64,000 nt of DNA, from positions 8,594-72,593 of the IMG/VR virus record IMGVR_UViG_3300038443_001477. One strand, given 5' to 3'. The position numbers were made by a program, and so were the translations under genes. Below, piece by piece: positions 41,678-51,597 of the stretch. Origin of the DNA: a virus. Taxonomy: Duplodnaviria > Caudoviricetes. Position 1 is the first letter of the stretch. Every line of letters begins with the position of its first letter. The notes beneath the pieces were generated by a model. The model was not told the origin of the DNA. It saw only the letters and a list, made by a program, of their open reading frames with translations, and searched no databases.

Positions 41678-42144
41678 CTGGGGAGCAGCCCTGGCGGCGC
41701 GTGCCTAAGTTCGATCCGCGAGGTGCGTCCCTCGCGGATCGGCACTACTCACGGCGCACAGTGGGCAGTCCGCAGTTCATGCCGCCCGGGGAGACAGTCG
41801 TCCTCCTGCCTCAGAAGGGAGATGCGGTCTTCGGCTGGTGGCGCCCGCATCCCGCGAGTGGCCTTAAGACGCTCAACGGCCTGGATGGCTGGACCTGCAC
41901 CATCTTCCGCAACGAGAGTGAGTACCGCTCAAGTGACTTGATCCGAGCGGCTGAAACCTTCCTTCTGGGCCTGGGCGTCACTATTGGTCCCGATGGCTTT
42001 ATCACCTATGTTTGGGATAAGCGTGTCCGCAGCGTCAATCCAGGGTACTGCTTCAAGCTCGCGGGCTGGCGGAAGACTGGACGCAGCGCCGACGGCAAGA
42101 AGACTCTTCTTCAGAAGCTCCCGCGCCGGGAGTTAATCGAATGA
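41662..42144 (+). CDS. Mom-like GNAT-fold protein
   Basis: ADRHYSR, CTIFRNES...SSDLIRAA, ITYV and NPGYCFKLAGW resemble Mom/GNAT motifs. Confidence 0.5.
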   Translation: MRTLLAGEQPWRRVPKFDPRGASLADRHYSRRTVGSPQFMPPGETVVLLPQKGDAVFGWWRPHPASGLKTLNGLDGWTCTIFRNESEYRSSDLIRAAETFLLGLGVTIGPDGFITYVWDKRVRSVNPGYCFKLAGWRKTGRSADGKKTLLQKLPRRELIE

Positions 42145-42983
42145 CCAGAACGCTTCTAGCCGTCGATCTCTCCAATCACGTGTACAAGGCTGCGGCGGCG
42201 CATCCGATGCTGACCAGCCGCCGCATCTTCACCGGCGGCCTCTACGGCTTCTTCACGACCTTCGCCAAGATCGTCCGGGAGACCCGGGCGACACATGTCG
42301 CCTTCTGCCAGGACGTGAAGCCCTACAAGCGCAGCGAAACTTACCCCGAGTACAAGCAGCTCTCCCGGAAGAAGAACCGCGACGAGGACCTCCTCCGCCT
42401 CTACAAGCAGAGCATGGAGCTCATTCTGGAGGTGATGGCTGCCTGCGGCCTTCAGCCCTGGGGGATTCCGGGCTTTGAGGCCGACGACCTGATTGGGCAC
42501 TGCGTGATGAAGTACCGGCATCGCTTCGACCGCATCTACGCCGCCACCAACGACAGCGACCCCTTCCAGCTCCTTTGGTGCGACAACTTCTACCTCTATC
42601 GGAAGGAGCTGAAGGACGTCGTCACGGGTGACAAGCTCGTCGACCCTTTCGGCCGGCCCATCACGCCGGACCAGTACATGCTGGCGACGGCCCTCATGGG
42701 CACCCACAACGACATCGATGGCATCCCTCGCGTAGGAGCGGGCACGGCCTTCAAGGCGCTCCACGACCCCGCTCTAATGCGCAAGCTGAGGGACGGGCAC
42801 TCCGACCTCATAGAGCGCAATCTGCGGCTTATAAAGCTGCCGCACGAAGCCTTCCCACGAGAGGCCTCGCTCCCCACGCATCAATCCTTCAACCCACGCA
42901 CCCTCTACCGCGCCCTGGGCAAGTACGACATCGAGGTGACCGGCGCCGTGGAGCGCGCCTTTCAGGAGCTTTTCGGCCGCTAG
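42141..42983 (+). CDS. 5'-3' exonuclease / flap endonuclease
   Basis: LAVDLSN, KRSETYPEYK, GFEADDLIG, TNDSD and DIDGIPRVGAGTA (H3TH) motifs. Confidence 0.88.
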   Translation: MTRTLLAVDLSNHVYKAAAAHPMLTSRRIFTGGLYGFFTTFAKIVRETRATHVAFCQDVKPYKRSETYPEYKQLSRKKNRDEDLLRLYKQSMELILEVMAACGLQPWGIPGFEADDLIGHCVMKYRHRFDRIYAATNDSDPFQLLWCDNFYLYRKELKDVVTGDKLVDPFGRPITPDQYMLATALMGTHNDIDGIPRVGAGTAFKALHDPALMRKLRDGHSDLIERNLRLIKLPHEAFPREASLPTHQSFNPRTLYRALGKYDIEVTGAVERAFQELFGR

Positions 42984-43075
42984 GGCGTATAGCTCCCCTG
43001 CGGCTAGGAGGCATCCGAAAAGCGCTTGACCCACGCCTGCCGCTCCTTTTCAACTGGGTCGGCAAGGAGGTCACC

Positions 43076-43360
43076 TTGAACAAGCAACTCGAAAGCCGCG
43101 GTTCTCGCGGCCTGATCCCCCTCGATAGCCAGAGCTCGGCTCGGGTCCATAACCAGGCGCTGGAGCGCGCCGCCGCATTCCTGGAGCGCACGGCGGCCGG
43201 CTTCGACGAGGCCGCCCGGGACTGGGTCGAGAGGCAGCTATCCAGCCGCAACCAGCAGAGCCGCGACTTCGCCATCCAACAGACCATGCTGAATCGCAGC
43301 AAGGCCGAACTCCTGCGCGGCCAAGCCGCCCACATCCGCGAGATGAAGGTCTCGGAGTAA
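43076..43360 (+). CDS. Hypothetical protein
   Basis: TTG start with an AAGGAGG RBS; 94 aa. Confidence 0.55.
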   Translation: MNKQLESRGSRGLIPLDSQSSARVHNQALERAAAFLERTAAGFDEAARDWVERQLSSRNQQSRDFAIQQTMLNRSKAELLRGQAAHIREMKVSE

Positions 43361-44899
43361 ATGGACGACGATCAGCGACTGAGCGGGAGCCTTCAGGAAA
43401 ACGTCCTGACGGTGCTCTGCTTCAACGACGACTACTGCAAGATCATCCGGGCCGCTATCACCCCGCACCTCTTCGAGTCGAAGGTGTACAAGGAGATCGC
43501 GGGCTACGCCATCGACTTCATCGACCAGTTTGGGGAGGCAATCAAGGAGCACCTCCCCGACCACCTGGAGGACATTCTCCAGGGGGAGGACCAGCGCAAG
43601 GCAAAGCACTACAAGCAGGTCCTCGACAACCTTTTCATGAGCCGTGACTCCGTCAACTCGGAGTTTGTGAAGACGGAGCTCCAGAAGTTTGTCCGCGTGC
43701 AGAAGTTCAAGGCGGGCCTTGTCCGGGTCGTGGAGATCCTCGACGGCAACGGCAGCATTGACGAAGCCGAGAGCATCATGGAAAAGGCGATGGCTGCGCA
43801 GATCGTCTCCTTTGAGCCGGGTGCGAGCCTCGACAACCCCGAGGATGTCGCCGGGGTGCTCGACGAGCCCGAGGAGGAGGGCTTCACCCTGGGGATTGAG
43901 GAATTCGACCGGCTCGGCATCTACCCGCGTCGAAAGGAGCTCTTCGGCTTTCTGGCAGCTCGGGGCCGGGGGAAGTCGTGGTTCGCCACGCACTGCGCCA
44001 AGCGTGCCCTCCTCCAGCGCTGGACCCCGGTCATGGTCACGCTGGAGATGTCCCAGAAGCGCTACTCCGCGCGCATGCTTCAGACCTTTTTCTCCATCAG
44101 TCGGCGCGACGCGCTGGTGCACGTGACGCGTCTGAATAAAGACGGCGACGGCAAGCTGGAAGGCGTCCTCCGCGAGGAGGTCGAGCGCCAGACGATGCGG
44201 GACCCCGACATCCGGGAGACCCTCAAGAGGAAAGCGAAGCGCGCCTTCAAGAATCGAAAGCCGATCAGGATCAAGGCATTCCCCAGCGGGAGCCTTGACA
44301 TCTCCGGCCTGCGTGCCTACCTGGAGGGCCTGCGCCGCCACGAGAAGATCACCCCCGACCTTCTCGTCGTCGACTATCCGCGCCTGATGAAGCTCAACCC
44401 CGCCAACCTGCGCTTGGAGCTGGGGGCGTTGAACGTAGCGCTGCGTGGCCTCGCCGACGAGATGAACATGGCGGTCGTGGTCCTGGCGCAGGGCAATCGA
44501 GAGAGTGAGAGCGCGTTCCTGGTCACCGGCGACATGGTGGAGGAGGACATCTCCCTCAAGGCCACCGTGGATGTGCTCCTCACCTACTCGCAGACCAAGC
44601 TGGAGAAGGCCCTGGGCCTCGCCCGTCTCTACGCCGACAAGGTGCGCAACGACGAGAGCGGCGCCATCGTGCTCATCTCCCAGGCCTACGCCATAGGGCA
44701 GTTCTGCCTGGAGAGCATGCGGCTTGTCGGCGATTACTGGGAGGACCTGAAGGAGAAGTTCGCGGACAAGGAGGACCGGCGCTCGCGGCGGCGCCGCAGC
44801 GAGGATGAAGACGCCGAGCCGCCCTCGCCACGCAGGCGGCGGGACGATGACGAAGAGCGGCCGCGCCGCAGAAGGGATGGCTCGGATGACCGACGCTGA
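43361..44899 (+). CDS. dnaB: Replicative DNA helicase (DnaB-like)
   Basis: Walker A AARGRGKS, VTLEMS, VVDY and LAQGNRES motifs; R/D-rich tail. Confidence 0.85.
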   Translation: MDDDQRLSGSLQENVLTVLCFNDDYCKIIRAAITPHLFESKVYKEIAGYAIDFIDQFGEAIKEHLPDHLEDILQGEDQRKAKHYKQVLDNLFMSRDSVNSEFVKTELQKFVRVQKFKAGLVRVVEILDGNGSIDEAESIMEKAMAAQIVSFEPGASLDNPEDVAGVLDEPEEEGFTLGIEEFDRLGIYPRRKELFGFLAARGRGKSWFATHCAKRALLQRWTPVMVTLEMSQKRYSARMLQTFFSISRRDALVHVTRLNKDGDGKLEGVLREEVERQTMRDPDIRETLKRKAKRAFKNRKPIRIKAFPSGSLDISGLRAYLEGLRRHEKITPDLLVVDYPRLMKLNPANLRLELGALNVALRGLADEMNMAVVVLAQGNRESESAFLVTGDMVEEDISLKATVDVLLTYSQTKLEKALGLARLYADKVRNDESGAIVLISQAYAIGQFCLESMRLVGDYWEDLKEKFADKEDRRSRRRRSEDEDAEPPSPRRRRDDDEERPRRRRDGSDDRR

Positions 44900-45176
44900 A
44901 CTGGAGCGCCTCCGCGCTCAGAAGAACCAAGCGGCGTCCCTGATTGGGCAGGAGATCATCAACTTCCTGTGCAATTCCGGGGTCATGTATGACGACGGCA
45001 TCAACGCGTGCGGCTGGGTGATCGGCCAGCTCGCCAACCAGTGCGGAGATCCCGTGCTCCGCCAGCAGGTGCCGGCACTGCTCCGCGAGGTCATCGCGCG
45101 ACTCGAGGGCCGGCCCCCGGAGAACCCCTTCGCGCCGCCGCCGGGGACCATGGAGCCACCCCAGACGATCCAATGA
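44886..45176 (+). CDS. Hypothetical protein
   Basis: Start MTDAELER at 44886; 96 aa. Confidence 0.5.
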   Translation: MTDAELERLRAQKNQAASLIGQEIINFLCNSGVMYDDGINACGWVIGQLANQCGDPVLRQQVPALLREVIARLEGRPPENPFAPPPGTMEPPQTIQ

Positions 45177-46753
45177 TTATCGACCGCAGGGCCGTCAGGG
45201 AGTTCCTCGCGCGGGAACTCGACTCGTATCTCTGGATGAAGGGCCTCAGCCGGGAGAAGATCCTCCGCGAGCTGAAGGCTCTGCGCGTGCCGCCGGTGTT
45301 TCACACCGACCCCTGGCTGCACCAGCTTGTTTGCTTCTGGATTGGGCTCTGTAAGCCCCGCTTCCTCTTCCTCCTGGACATGGGCCTGGGGAAGTCGAAG
45401 ATCCTCTCCGACTTGATCCGGCACATCCAGCGCGAGAAGAAGCTGGAGCGGGCCCTCATCACCGTACCGCGGAAGCTCAACGTCGACTCCTGGGTCGACG
45501 ACCTCGCTGTGCACCAGCCCGATCTGGAGCCCTGGCGCATCGACTGCTCCGACATCGAGGAGAAGCGGGAGCGCCTCCTCAATCCGCGCGGCGACGTCAC
45601 CATCATCGACAACCAGGGCCTCCAGTGGGCGCTCTGTGATAAGGTGAAGATCGGCGGCAAAAAGAAGCGCAACGAGCTCCAGGTCAACGAGAAGGTGCTG
45701 AAGCGGGTGCTCAAGGAATACAACTTCCTCGGCATCGACGAGATTCACAAGTTCGCCAACAGGGAGAGCCTCTGGTACTCTTTCATGGACGACATGGCCC
45801 GCCGCATGGACTATTGCTACGGCACGACGGGCACCCTCTTTGGCAAGAATCCCGAGGATGCGTGGCCGCAATTCCATCTCATCGACCGCGGTGAGGCCCT
45901 GGGGGAGACCCTCGGCATTTTCCGCGCGGCTTTCTTCCATGCGAAGACCAAGCCCTTCAAGGGGGTCGTCTACGAGTTTGACAAGCGCATGGATGCGAAG
46001 CTGCACGAGGTCCTCCAGCACTCCAGCATCCGCTACGACGAGAACGAGGTCCCCGAGACCGACCTACCGCCTCGCGTCATGCGGGTGCATAAGTTGGAGA
46101 TGTGCGAGGAGCAGCGTGAGCACTATTTGCACGCCCTGGAGGGCTTGGTAAACGCCGGTGGCAAGCTCCGCGATCTGGAGGCGCAGTGGCTGCGGATGCG
46201 GCAGATCACCAGTGGCTACCTCGTGTGGAAGGATGAACACGGCGAGCACATAAAGCACTTCAAGGAGAACCCGAAGCTCGACGACCTGGAGGCCACCATT
46301 GACGGCATGCGCGAGGGCCGGAAGATGATCGTCGCCTATGTCTACACCGAGAGCGGCCGCATCATCTGTGAGCGACTGAAGAAGCTCGGGATCGGCTTCG
46401 AGTGGCTCTACGGGGGCACCAAGGACCCCGCCGCTGCCCGGCGCCGCTTCATGCAGGACCCGAAGTGCAAGGTCTTCGTGATGAACGACGAAGCCGGGGG
46501 CACGGGCAACGACGGCCTGCAAAAGGTAGCCAATTCGCTTTACTTCTACGAGAGCCCCAGCGACCCCAAGGCCCGCCAACAAGTTCTTAAGCGGGCGCAT
46601 CGCCCAGGCCAGACGCGCCGCACCTTTATCTATGACGCGGTGGTAAAGGGCTCGGTCGATGTCGGAATTCTGGATGGAATTGCGGAAGGCATTGACATGT
46701 ACGACCGGGTGGTAAACGGTCGGGTGAGGTATAAGAATCTATTCTTAGGCTAG
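45173..46753 (+). CDS. SNF2-like SF2 helicase
   Basis: DMGLGKS, GIDEIH, GTTGT, AGGTGNDGLQ and QVLKRAHRPGQ motifs; start MIIDRR at 45173. Confidence 0.88.
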   Translation: MIIDRRAVREFLARELDSYLWMKGLSREKILRELKALRVPPVFHTDPWLHQLVCFWIGLCKPRFLFLLDMGLGKSKILSDLIRHIQREKKLERALITVPRKLNVDSWVDDLAVHQPDLEPWRIDCSDIEEKRERLLNPRGDVTIIDNQGLQWALCDKVKIGGKKKRNELQVNEKVLKRVLKEYNFLGIDEIHKFANRESLWYSFMDDMARRMDYCYGTTGTLFGKNPEDAWPQFHLIDRGEALGETLGIFRAAFFHAKTKPFKGVVYEFDKRMDAKLHEVLQHSSIRYDENEVPETDLPPRVMRVHKLEMCEEQREHYLHALEGLVNAGGKLRDLEAQWLRMRQITSGYLVWKDEHGEHIKHFKENPKLDDLEATIDGMREGRKMIVAYVYTESGRIICERLKKLGIGFEWLYGGTKDPAAARRRFMQDPKCKVFVMNDEAGGTGNDGLQKVANSLYFYESPSDPKARQQVLKRAHRPGQTRRTFIYDAVVKGSVDVGILDGIAEGIDMYDRVVNGRVRYKNLFLG

Positions 46754-46822
46754 CTGCGCCGGCATCGCCTACAATGCTCGTGCCCGTTAGAGGAGCGCAA
46801 AGCCCCGGCGGGTGTTCAGAGG

Positions 46823-47095
46823 ATGGGATACATGAAAAACGACCACGGGGCGGCCTTTTTGCCGTCCGGATCGAGGAGTCGGGTCGAGACGAGCCCCACG
46901 GGCCGTCTCATTTCCGCCGAGCTCACGCTCGGCCTTCTATTGAAACAGCAGCAGCCGTGCCGCCCCTTGCAGGGCATGGTGCGGCTCCTGCAACACGGCG
47001 AGCGCGTGATCTCCCTGGAGATGGATTACTCCCAGGTCGAGGCGCGCATCTTCGCCGCATACCCCCAAGCTGCACAGCTCCTGAAGCGCCGATAA
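46823..47095 (+). CDS. Hypothetical protein
   Basis: 90 aa between the SNF2 and primase genes. Confidence 0.45.
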   Translation: MGYMKNDHGAAFLPSGSRSRVETSPTGRLISAELTLGLLLKQQQPCRPLQGMVRLLQHGERVISLEMDYSQVEARIFAAYPQAAQLLKRR

Positions 47096-47111
47096 AGCGC
47101 TCCCCGCTGCC

Positions 47112-48140
47112 GTGCGCCCTATCGACTGGGCGCAGGTGCTCAGGGAGCACCGCGTCCACTTTGTAGAGAGCGGCCCCAACGTCAAGCGGGGCGAGTTGGC
47201 GATCAAGTGCCCCTTCTGCGGGAGCGCTGATCCCTCTCATCACATGGGCCTCAACCTGGAGACCGGTTGGTGGTCCTGCTGGCGCAACCGCGCCCAGCAC
47301 TCGGGCAAGAGCCCGGTGCGGCTGCTCATGAAGCTCCTGCGCGTGCCCTATGGCCGCGCCAGGGAGATAGCGGGCCTTGGGGAGGACTATGTCGACCCCG
47401 AGGGCTTCGACGCCCTTGCTGCGCGTCTCCTGGGGCGCTCTGGCACGGAGGAGGCCCGGCCGGAACAGGTGCAGCGACGACGCCTGCACCTTGACGCCTC
47501 CTTCAAGGAGATAGGGCGGCGCTCCGCGCTGACTCGTCCCCACTGGGACTACCTCTATGAGCGTGGCTTCGATGGGCGCTCGGCCCTGGGCGAGGACGTC
47601 GATGTGCTCTGCGACGACTACCAGCTCCGCGCCGGCCTTCGCGGCCGCTTCCAGGGGCGCGTCGTGCTCCCCTACATCATGGATGGAGAGGTAGTCACAT
47701 GGAGCGCCCGCGCGATCACAGCGAGCCGCTGGCGCTATCTGGACCTCGACATCGAAGACTCCATCCTCCCGCCCAAGGAGACCCTCTACAACCACGACGC
47801 CATCTACTCGGGCGGCAAGGCCCTGGTCGTCGTGGAGGGCCCCTTTGACGCGCTGAAGCTCGACTTCTATGGGAAGCCCTGGGGCGTGCGCGCGGTCGCG
47901 CTCTCCACCAACTCCATCACCGACGCCCAGGCCTATCTGCTCCAGGCCGCCGAGGACCACTTCGACCAGACGCTGGTGATGCTGGACAACGCCTCGGCTC
48001 TCGGCATCGTCGACTCGATGCGGATGAAGCAGGAGCTCTCTTTCCTTCGGAATCTCTCCATCGTTGGGGTCCCCCATGGCGCGAAAGACGCCGGGGAGCT
48101 GAGGCCCCGACAGGTCATTCAGTGGGCGCAAGCCCTTTAG
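47112..48140 (+). CDS. DNA primase (Zn finger plus TOPRIM)
   Basis: CPFCG...HHMG...WSCW zinc finger; VVVEGPFDAL and MLDN TOPRIM motifs. Confidence 0.85.
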   Translation: MRPIDWAQVLREHRVHFVESGPNVKRGELAIKCPFCGSADPSHHMGLNLETGWWSCWRNRAQHSGKSPVRLLMKLLRVPYGRAREIAGLGEDYVDPEGFDALAARLLGRSGTEEARPEQVQRRRLHLDASFKEIGRRSALTRPHWDYLYERGFDGRSALGEDVDVLCDDYQLRAGLRGRFQGRVVLPYIMDGEVVTWSARAITASRWRYLDLDIEDSILPPKETLYNHDAIYSGGKALVVVEGPFDALKLDFYGKPWGVRAVALSTNSITDAQAYLLQAAEDHFDQTLVMLDNASALGIVDSMRMKQELSFLRNLSIVGVPHGAKDAGELRPRQVIQWAQAL

Positions 48141-48154
48141 CCACAGAGGTACAC

Positions 48155-48538
48155 ATGGGTCTTTTCACTCCATATCTCAACACGCACTTCAGGAGCGGGG
48201 GTTGCCGGCTCATCGCCCGCGCCTATGACAAGTGCCGTGAGCGCCGCGTGCAGCTCTACGCCATCCCGGGCCACTACGACTGCGTCGGCGTCAGCGATGG
48301 CACCGACGCCTGGGTTGCGCCCGCGAGCGCCGGCCTCTTCTTCGGAACCTCCAGCGGCGACTGCGCCGACATCATGCGCCGCCTCCAGGCGGGCGAGCCC
48401 TTGCCGCCCATTCCTGACTGGCCCGCTGATGTCCGTGAGGAGGAGCCCGCGCCCAGGCCTCGCGCCCAGCGCCGAGTCGCCCTGGAAGAAGCCGAAGAGA
48501 TCACCCCGAGGAGGAAGAGCCGTGTCGCACTCGTTTGA
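48155..48538 (+). CDS. Hypothetical protein
   Basis: Start MGLFTPY at 48155 with an AGAGG RBS. Confidence 0.55.
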   Translation: MGLFTPYLNTHFRSGGCRLIARAYDKCRERRVQLYAIPGHYDCVGVSDGTDAWVAPASAGLFFGTSSGDCADIMRRLQAGEPLPPIPDWPADVREEEPAPRPRAQRRVALEEAEEITPRRKSRVALV

Positions 48539-49091
48539 ACCCAGTTTCGAGGGCCCGATTGAGGGCTATGTGGTAAATGGCATGCGCGCCAATTATTTCC
48601 GCGTGCAAGCGACCATGACCCGCGAAGACTACATGCAGGAGGCCTACGAGGTCTTCCTCACGCTGCGCCGCCACTACGCCGGCAAGGTGGAGGAGCCTAA
48701 GCACTTCATGGCGCTGTTCAAGCGGGCGTGGTCGAATCGGCTCGCTGACCTCTCGACCGAGGACACCAACCAGCGCGAACTCTTCCGCCCCGACCACGGC
48801 ATCCAGCGCAGTGCCGAGGGTGAGGAGGAGCGCCAGTACGAGGCGCTGGGCGAGACAGATAACGAGGGCCATCTCCGAATCCTGATCCGTCAGGCTCCGC
48901 GCGAGGTGGGCATGGTGCTTAACCTATTCCTGAGTGCGCCCCAGGAACTCGTGGAGATGGCGCTCCGCTCCTGGAGCGGCAACAAAGACAGCCGCCGCAA
49001 AGACGGGGGCAGCGCCCACATCAACCGCCTCCTCGGCCTTGATCCGAGCCGTGACGTCATGCAGGAGGTTCACGATTACCTATCCGCGTGA
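48522..49091 (+). CDS. Sigma-factor region-2-like protein
   Basis: GTG start with a GAGGAGG RBS; REDYMQEAYEVFL...HFMALFKRAWSNRLAD matches the D-x-x-QE...F...N-x-x-x-D sigma2 pattern; 189 aa. Confidence 0.55.
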   Translation: MSHSFEPSFEGPIEGYVVNGMRANYFRVQATMTREDYMQEAYEVFLTLRRHYAGKVEEPKHFMALFKRAWSNRLADLSTEDTNQRELFRPDHGIQRSAEGEEERQYEALGETDNEGHLRILIRQAPREVGMVLNLFLSAPQELVEMALRSWSGNKDSRRKDGGSAHINRLLGLDPSRDVMQEVHDYLSA

Positions 49092-49161
49092 TAGCCGGTA
49101 TAGCTGTCACAGCCCTTTGCGGCTGCATTCCCACCAACCAAACCCGGAGAACTCTGGACAA

Positions 49162-50226
49162 ATGAGCAAGATCGAGAAGGAGCTGGTCAAGGCGACCGGC
49201 GTGGAAGCGAAGAAGGGCGAAGCGCGGCCCGAGTTCCTGGCGCGCATGGCGAAGGCCGTGGCGGGCCTGGACGAGAAGGACTGGGAAGACCTCAGCGCCG
49301 AGGCCCAAGACTGGTACAACGCCAACGCCGACGCCCGCCAGAAGGCGAAGAAGGCGGGGGAGTCGATGCCGCCGTACACCGACTTCGCCGACGCCAAGCC
49401 GGACGTCGAGGAGGAGGAAGACGACCAGCCCTCGCGCCGCCGCCGCGGTTCCGACGAGGACAAGTCGGGGAAGGCCAAGGAGAACGCTCCGCCCAAGGGC
49501 GAGGCCACCGCGGTCGAGAAGCTGGAGGAAGGCCAGCGCGTGAAGATCGTGACCAAGCGCGGCAAGGAGGTCGCGGGCGAGGTGGTCGAGAACTCCAAGC
49601 GGAAAGAGTACGTGGTGGTCAAGACGGCCGACGGCAAGGAGGAAGAGCTCGACTACGACCGCGTCGACTCCGTGGAGGTCTTCCACGGCACGGCGGGCAC
49701 CGGCGGCGATGCCGGCGACGAGGACAAGGACGTCGGCCCCGGCATCGGCGACGAGGTGGAGCTGACCAACAAGCGCGGCAAGACCTTCCGGGGCAAGATC
49801 ACCGAACTCTCCGAGGAGGAGATCGTGATCGAGACCGACGACGGCCCCGAGGACTTCGCCCGCGACCGCATCACCGACATCAAGGTGACCAAGAAGGCCA
49901 AGGCCGGCGGCCCCAAGAAGGAAGACGCCAAGGGCGACGACGAGAAGGCCACCAAGGGCAAGGGCACCAAGAAGGACGACGACGGCGACGACAAGAAGAC
50001 CCGCAGCCGCAGCAGCGACGAGGTCCCCATCGGCACCAAGATCAAGATCGCCATCGCCGAGAACCTCGACGCCGACGTCGGCGAGATCGCGGCCATCCTG
50101 AAGAAGGCCGGCGTCGAGGTGAAGGAGAACACCCTGGACCTCAACTTCAAGGAATGCCACAAGCTCCTGAAGGCACTGCACGAGCGCGACCTCCTCGCGG
50201 TCAAGAAGTTCACCCCCAAGGTCTAA
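49162..50226 (+). CDS. Highly charged protein with tandem SH3/Sm-like beta domains
   Basis: Start MSKIEKEL at 49162; two related domains (GQRVKIVTKRGKEVAGEV and GDEVELTNKRGKTFRGKI); strong codon bias. Confidence 0.7.
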   Translation: MSKIEKELVKATGVEAKKGEARPEFLARMAKAVAGLDEKDWEDLSAEAQDWYNANADARQKAKKAGESMPPYTDFADAKPDVEEEEDDQPSRRRRGSDEDKSGKAKENAPPKGEATAVEKLEEGQRVKIVTKRGKEVAGEVVENSKRKEYVVVKTADGKEEELDYDRVDSVEVFHGTAGTGGDAGDEDKDVGPGIGDEVELTNKRGKTFRGKITELSEEEIVIETDDGPEDFARDRITDIKVTKKAKAGGPKKEDAKGDDEKATKGKGTKKDDDGDDKKTRSRSSDEVPIGTKIKIAIAENLDADVGEIAAILKKAGVEVKENTLDLNFKECHKLLKALHERDLLAVKKFTPKV

Positions 50227-50263
50227 GCCGGCGGCCGCCTCGCGGCTGAGGGCATGACCCCGA

Positions 50264-50302
50264 GAGGCCCCGGTATAGCTACCGCGGGCCTCTTCTCTTT
50301 TT
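50264..50302 (+). terminator. Terminator-like hairpin enclosing a GGTATAGCT motif
   Basis: GAGGCCC-CGGTA-TAGC-TACCG-C-GGGCCTC followed by TTCTCTTTTT. Confidence 0.6.
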
Positions 50303-50317
50303 CTCAGGAGTGATTCA

Positions 50318-51025
50318 GTGACCAATCAACACGTGATCCTTTACAGCGGTGGCATGGACTCCTTCCTCCTCGCCCACCTCTTCCCCGACGCCGCCAAGGT
50401 GTACGTGGATGTCGGCTCCATCTATTCCGCCAAGGAGAAGGCCCACCTCCCGGCCGACGTGATGGTGGAGCGGGGCATCAACCTCGGGAAGTGGGAGCGC
50501 TCGGACGCCATCATCCCGGGCCGCAACGCCTTCATGGTACTCGCTGCCTCGCAATACGGCGACAACATCATGCTGGGGGCCACGGCCGGCGATCAGAGCC
50601 GCGACAAAGACGATACCTGGGCCAACATGATGACTGGCCTCCTCCGCTACATGTACAGCGGCAAGCACTTCGACCCCGAGCGTGACATGAGCGTGAGCCT
50701 CCCGATCAAGGACCTCACCAAGGCGGAGCTCGTGCAGCAGTACATGCGGGCTGGCGGCGCGATGCTCCCGCTCCGCGACACCATCTCCTGCTACCACCCC
50801 GAGCACCTGCACTGTGGCCGCTGCAAGAGCTGCCTCCGGAAGTGGGTGGCGCTGGAATGGAACCGCATTCCGAGTGGCGCCATCTGGGCCAGCGACCCCA
50901 GGGACCCCGCGAACTGGGTGGAGATCGTCAAGACGATCAAGGGTAAGGGCTGGCGCACCCTGAAGGAGGACGCGCAGACGCTCTCGGTGCTCCGCGAGCA
51001 TGGCATCGTGGAGGATGCGGAATGA
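50318..51025 (+). CDS. queC: 7-cyano-7-deazaguanine (preQ0) synthase
   Basis: PP-loop ILYSGGMDS, IPGRNA and Zn site SCY...HCGRCKSC; no glutamine amidotransferase domain. Confidence 0.88.
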   Translation: MTNQHVILYSGGMDSFLLAHLFPDAAKVYVDVGSIYSAKEKAHLPADVMVERGINLGKWERSDAIIPGRNAFMVLAASQYGDNIMLGATAGDQSRDKDDTWANMMTGLLRYMYSGKHFDPERDMSVSLPIKDLTKAELVQQYMRAGGAMLPLRDTISCYHPEHLHCGRCKSCLRKWVALEWNRIPSGAIWASDPRDPANWVEIVKTIKGKGWRTLKEDAQTLSVLREHGIVEDAE

Positions 51026-51597
51026 CAGTGCGTGGCAAGCTCGCCAGCGCAGTCGCGGCGATGTTGACCGAGCTGGGCGAGGACCTGAACCGGCCGGGCC
51101 TGCTGGAGACGCCGGAGCGCGTGGCGAAGGCCTGGATCGAATGGACCTCGGGCAGCAACTACACCGACGATGACATCGCGCGGCTCCTCAAGGTCTTTCC
51201 CGAGGAGGAGGCCCAGGTCGACGAGATGGTAATCGTCCGCGACATCGAATTCTACAGCCACTGCGAACACCACATGGCCCCCTTCTTCGGCACGGCGCAC
51301 GTCGCCTACATCCCGGGCGAGAGCGGGGCCCTGGTGGGCCTCTCCAAGCTGGCGCGACTTGTCGACGTCTTCTCGCTGCGCCTCCAGGTGCAGGAGCGCA
51401 TCACCAACCAGATCGCCGATGCCCTGGAGAAACATCTGGGCGCCCATGGCGTCGGCGTGGTGATGCAGGCCAAGCACTTTTGCATGTGCAGTCGCGGCGT
51501 CGGCAAGCAGGGCAGCAGCACCGTCACCTCAGCCCTCCGAGGTGCGATGCGCCAGGGCTGGCAGCGAGCGGAGTTCTTCTCGCTGTTGAAGCAGTGA
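51022..51597 (+). CDS. folE: GTP cyclohydrolase I
   Basis: GLLETPERVAKA, FYSHCEHHMAPFFG, GLSKLARLV, QVQERIT and HFCMCSRG motifs. Confidence 0.95.
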   Translation: MTVRGKLASAVAAMLTELGEDLNRPGLLETPERVAKAWIEWTSGSNYTDDDIARLLKVFPEEEAQVDEMVIVRDIEFYSHCEHHMAPFFGTAHVAYIPGESGALVGLSKLARLVDVFSLRLQVQERITNQIADALEKHLGAHGVGVVMQAKHFCMCSRGVGKQGSSTVTSALRGAMRQGWQRAEFFSLLKQ

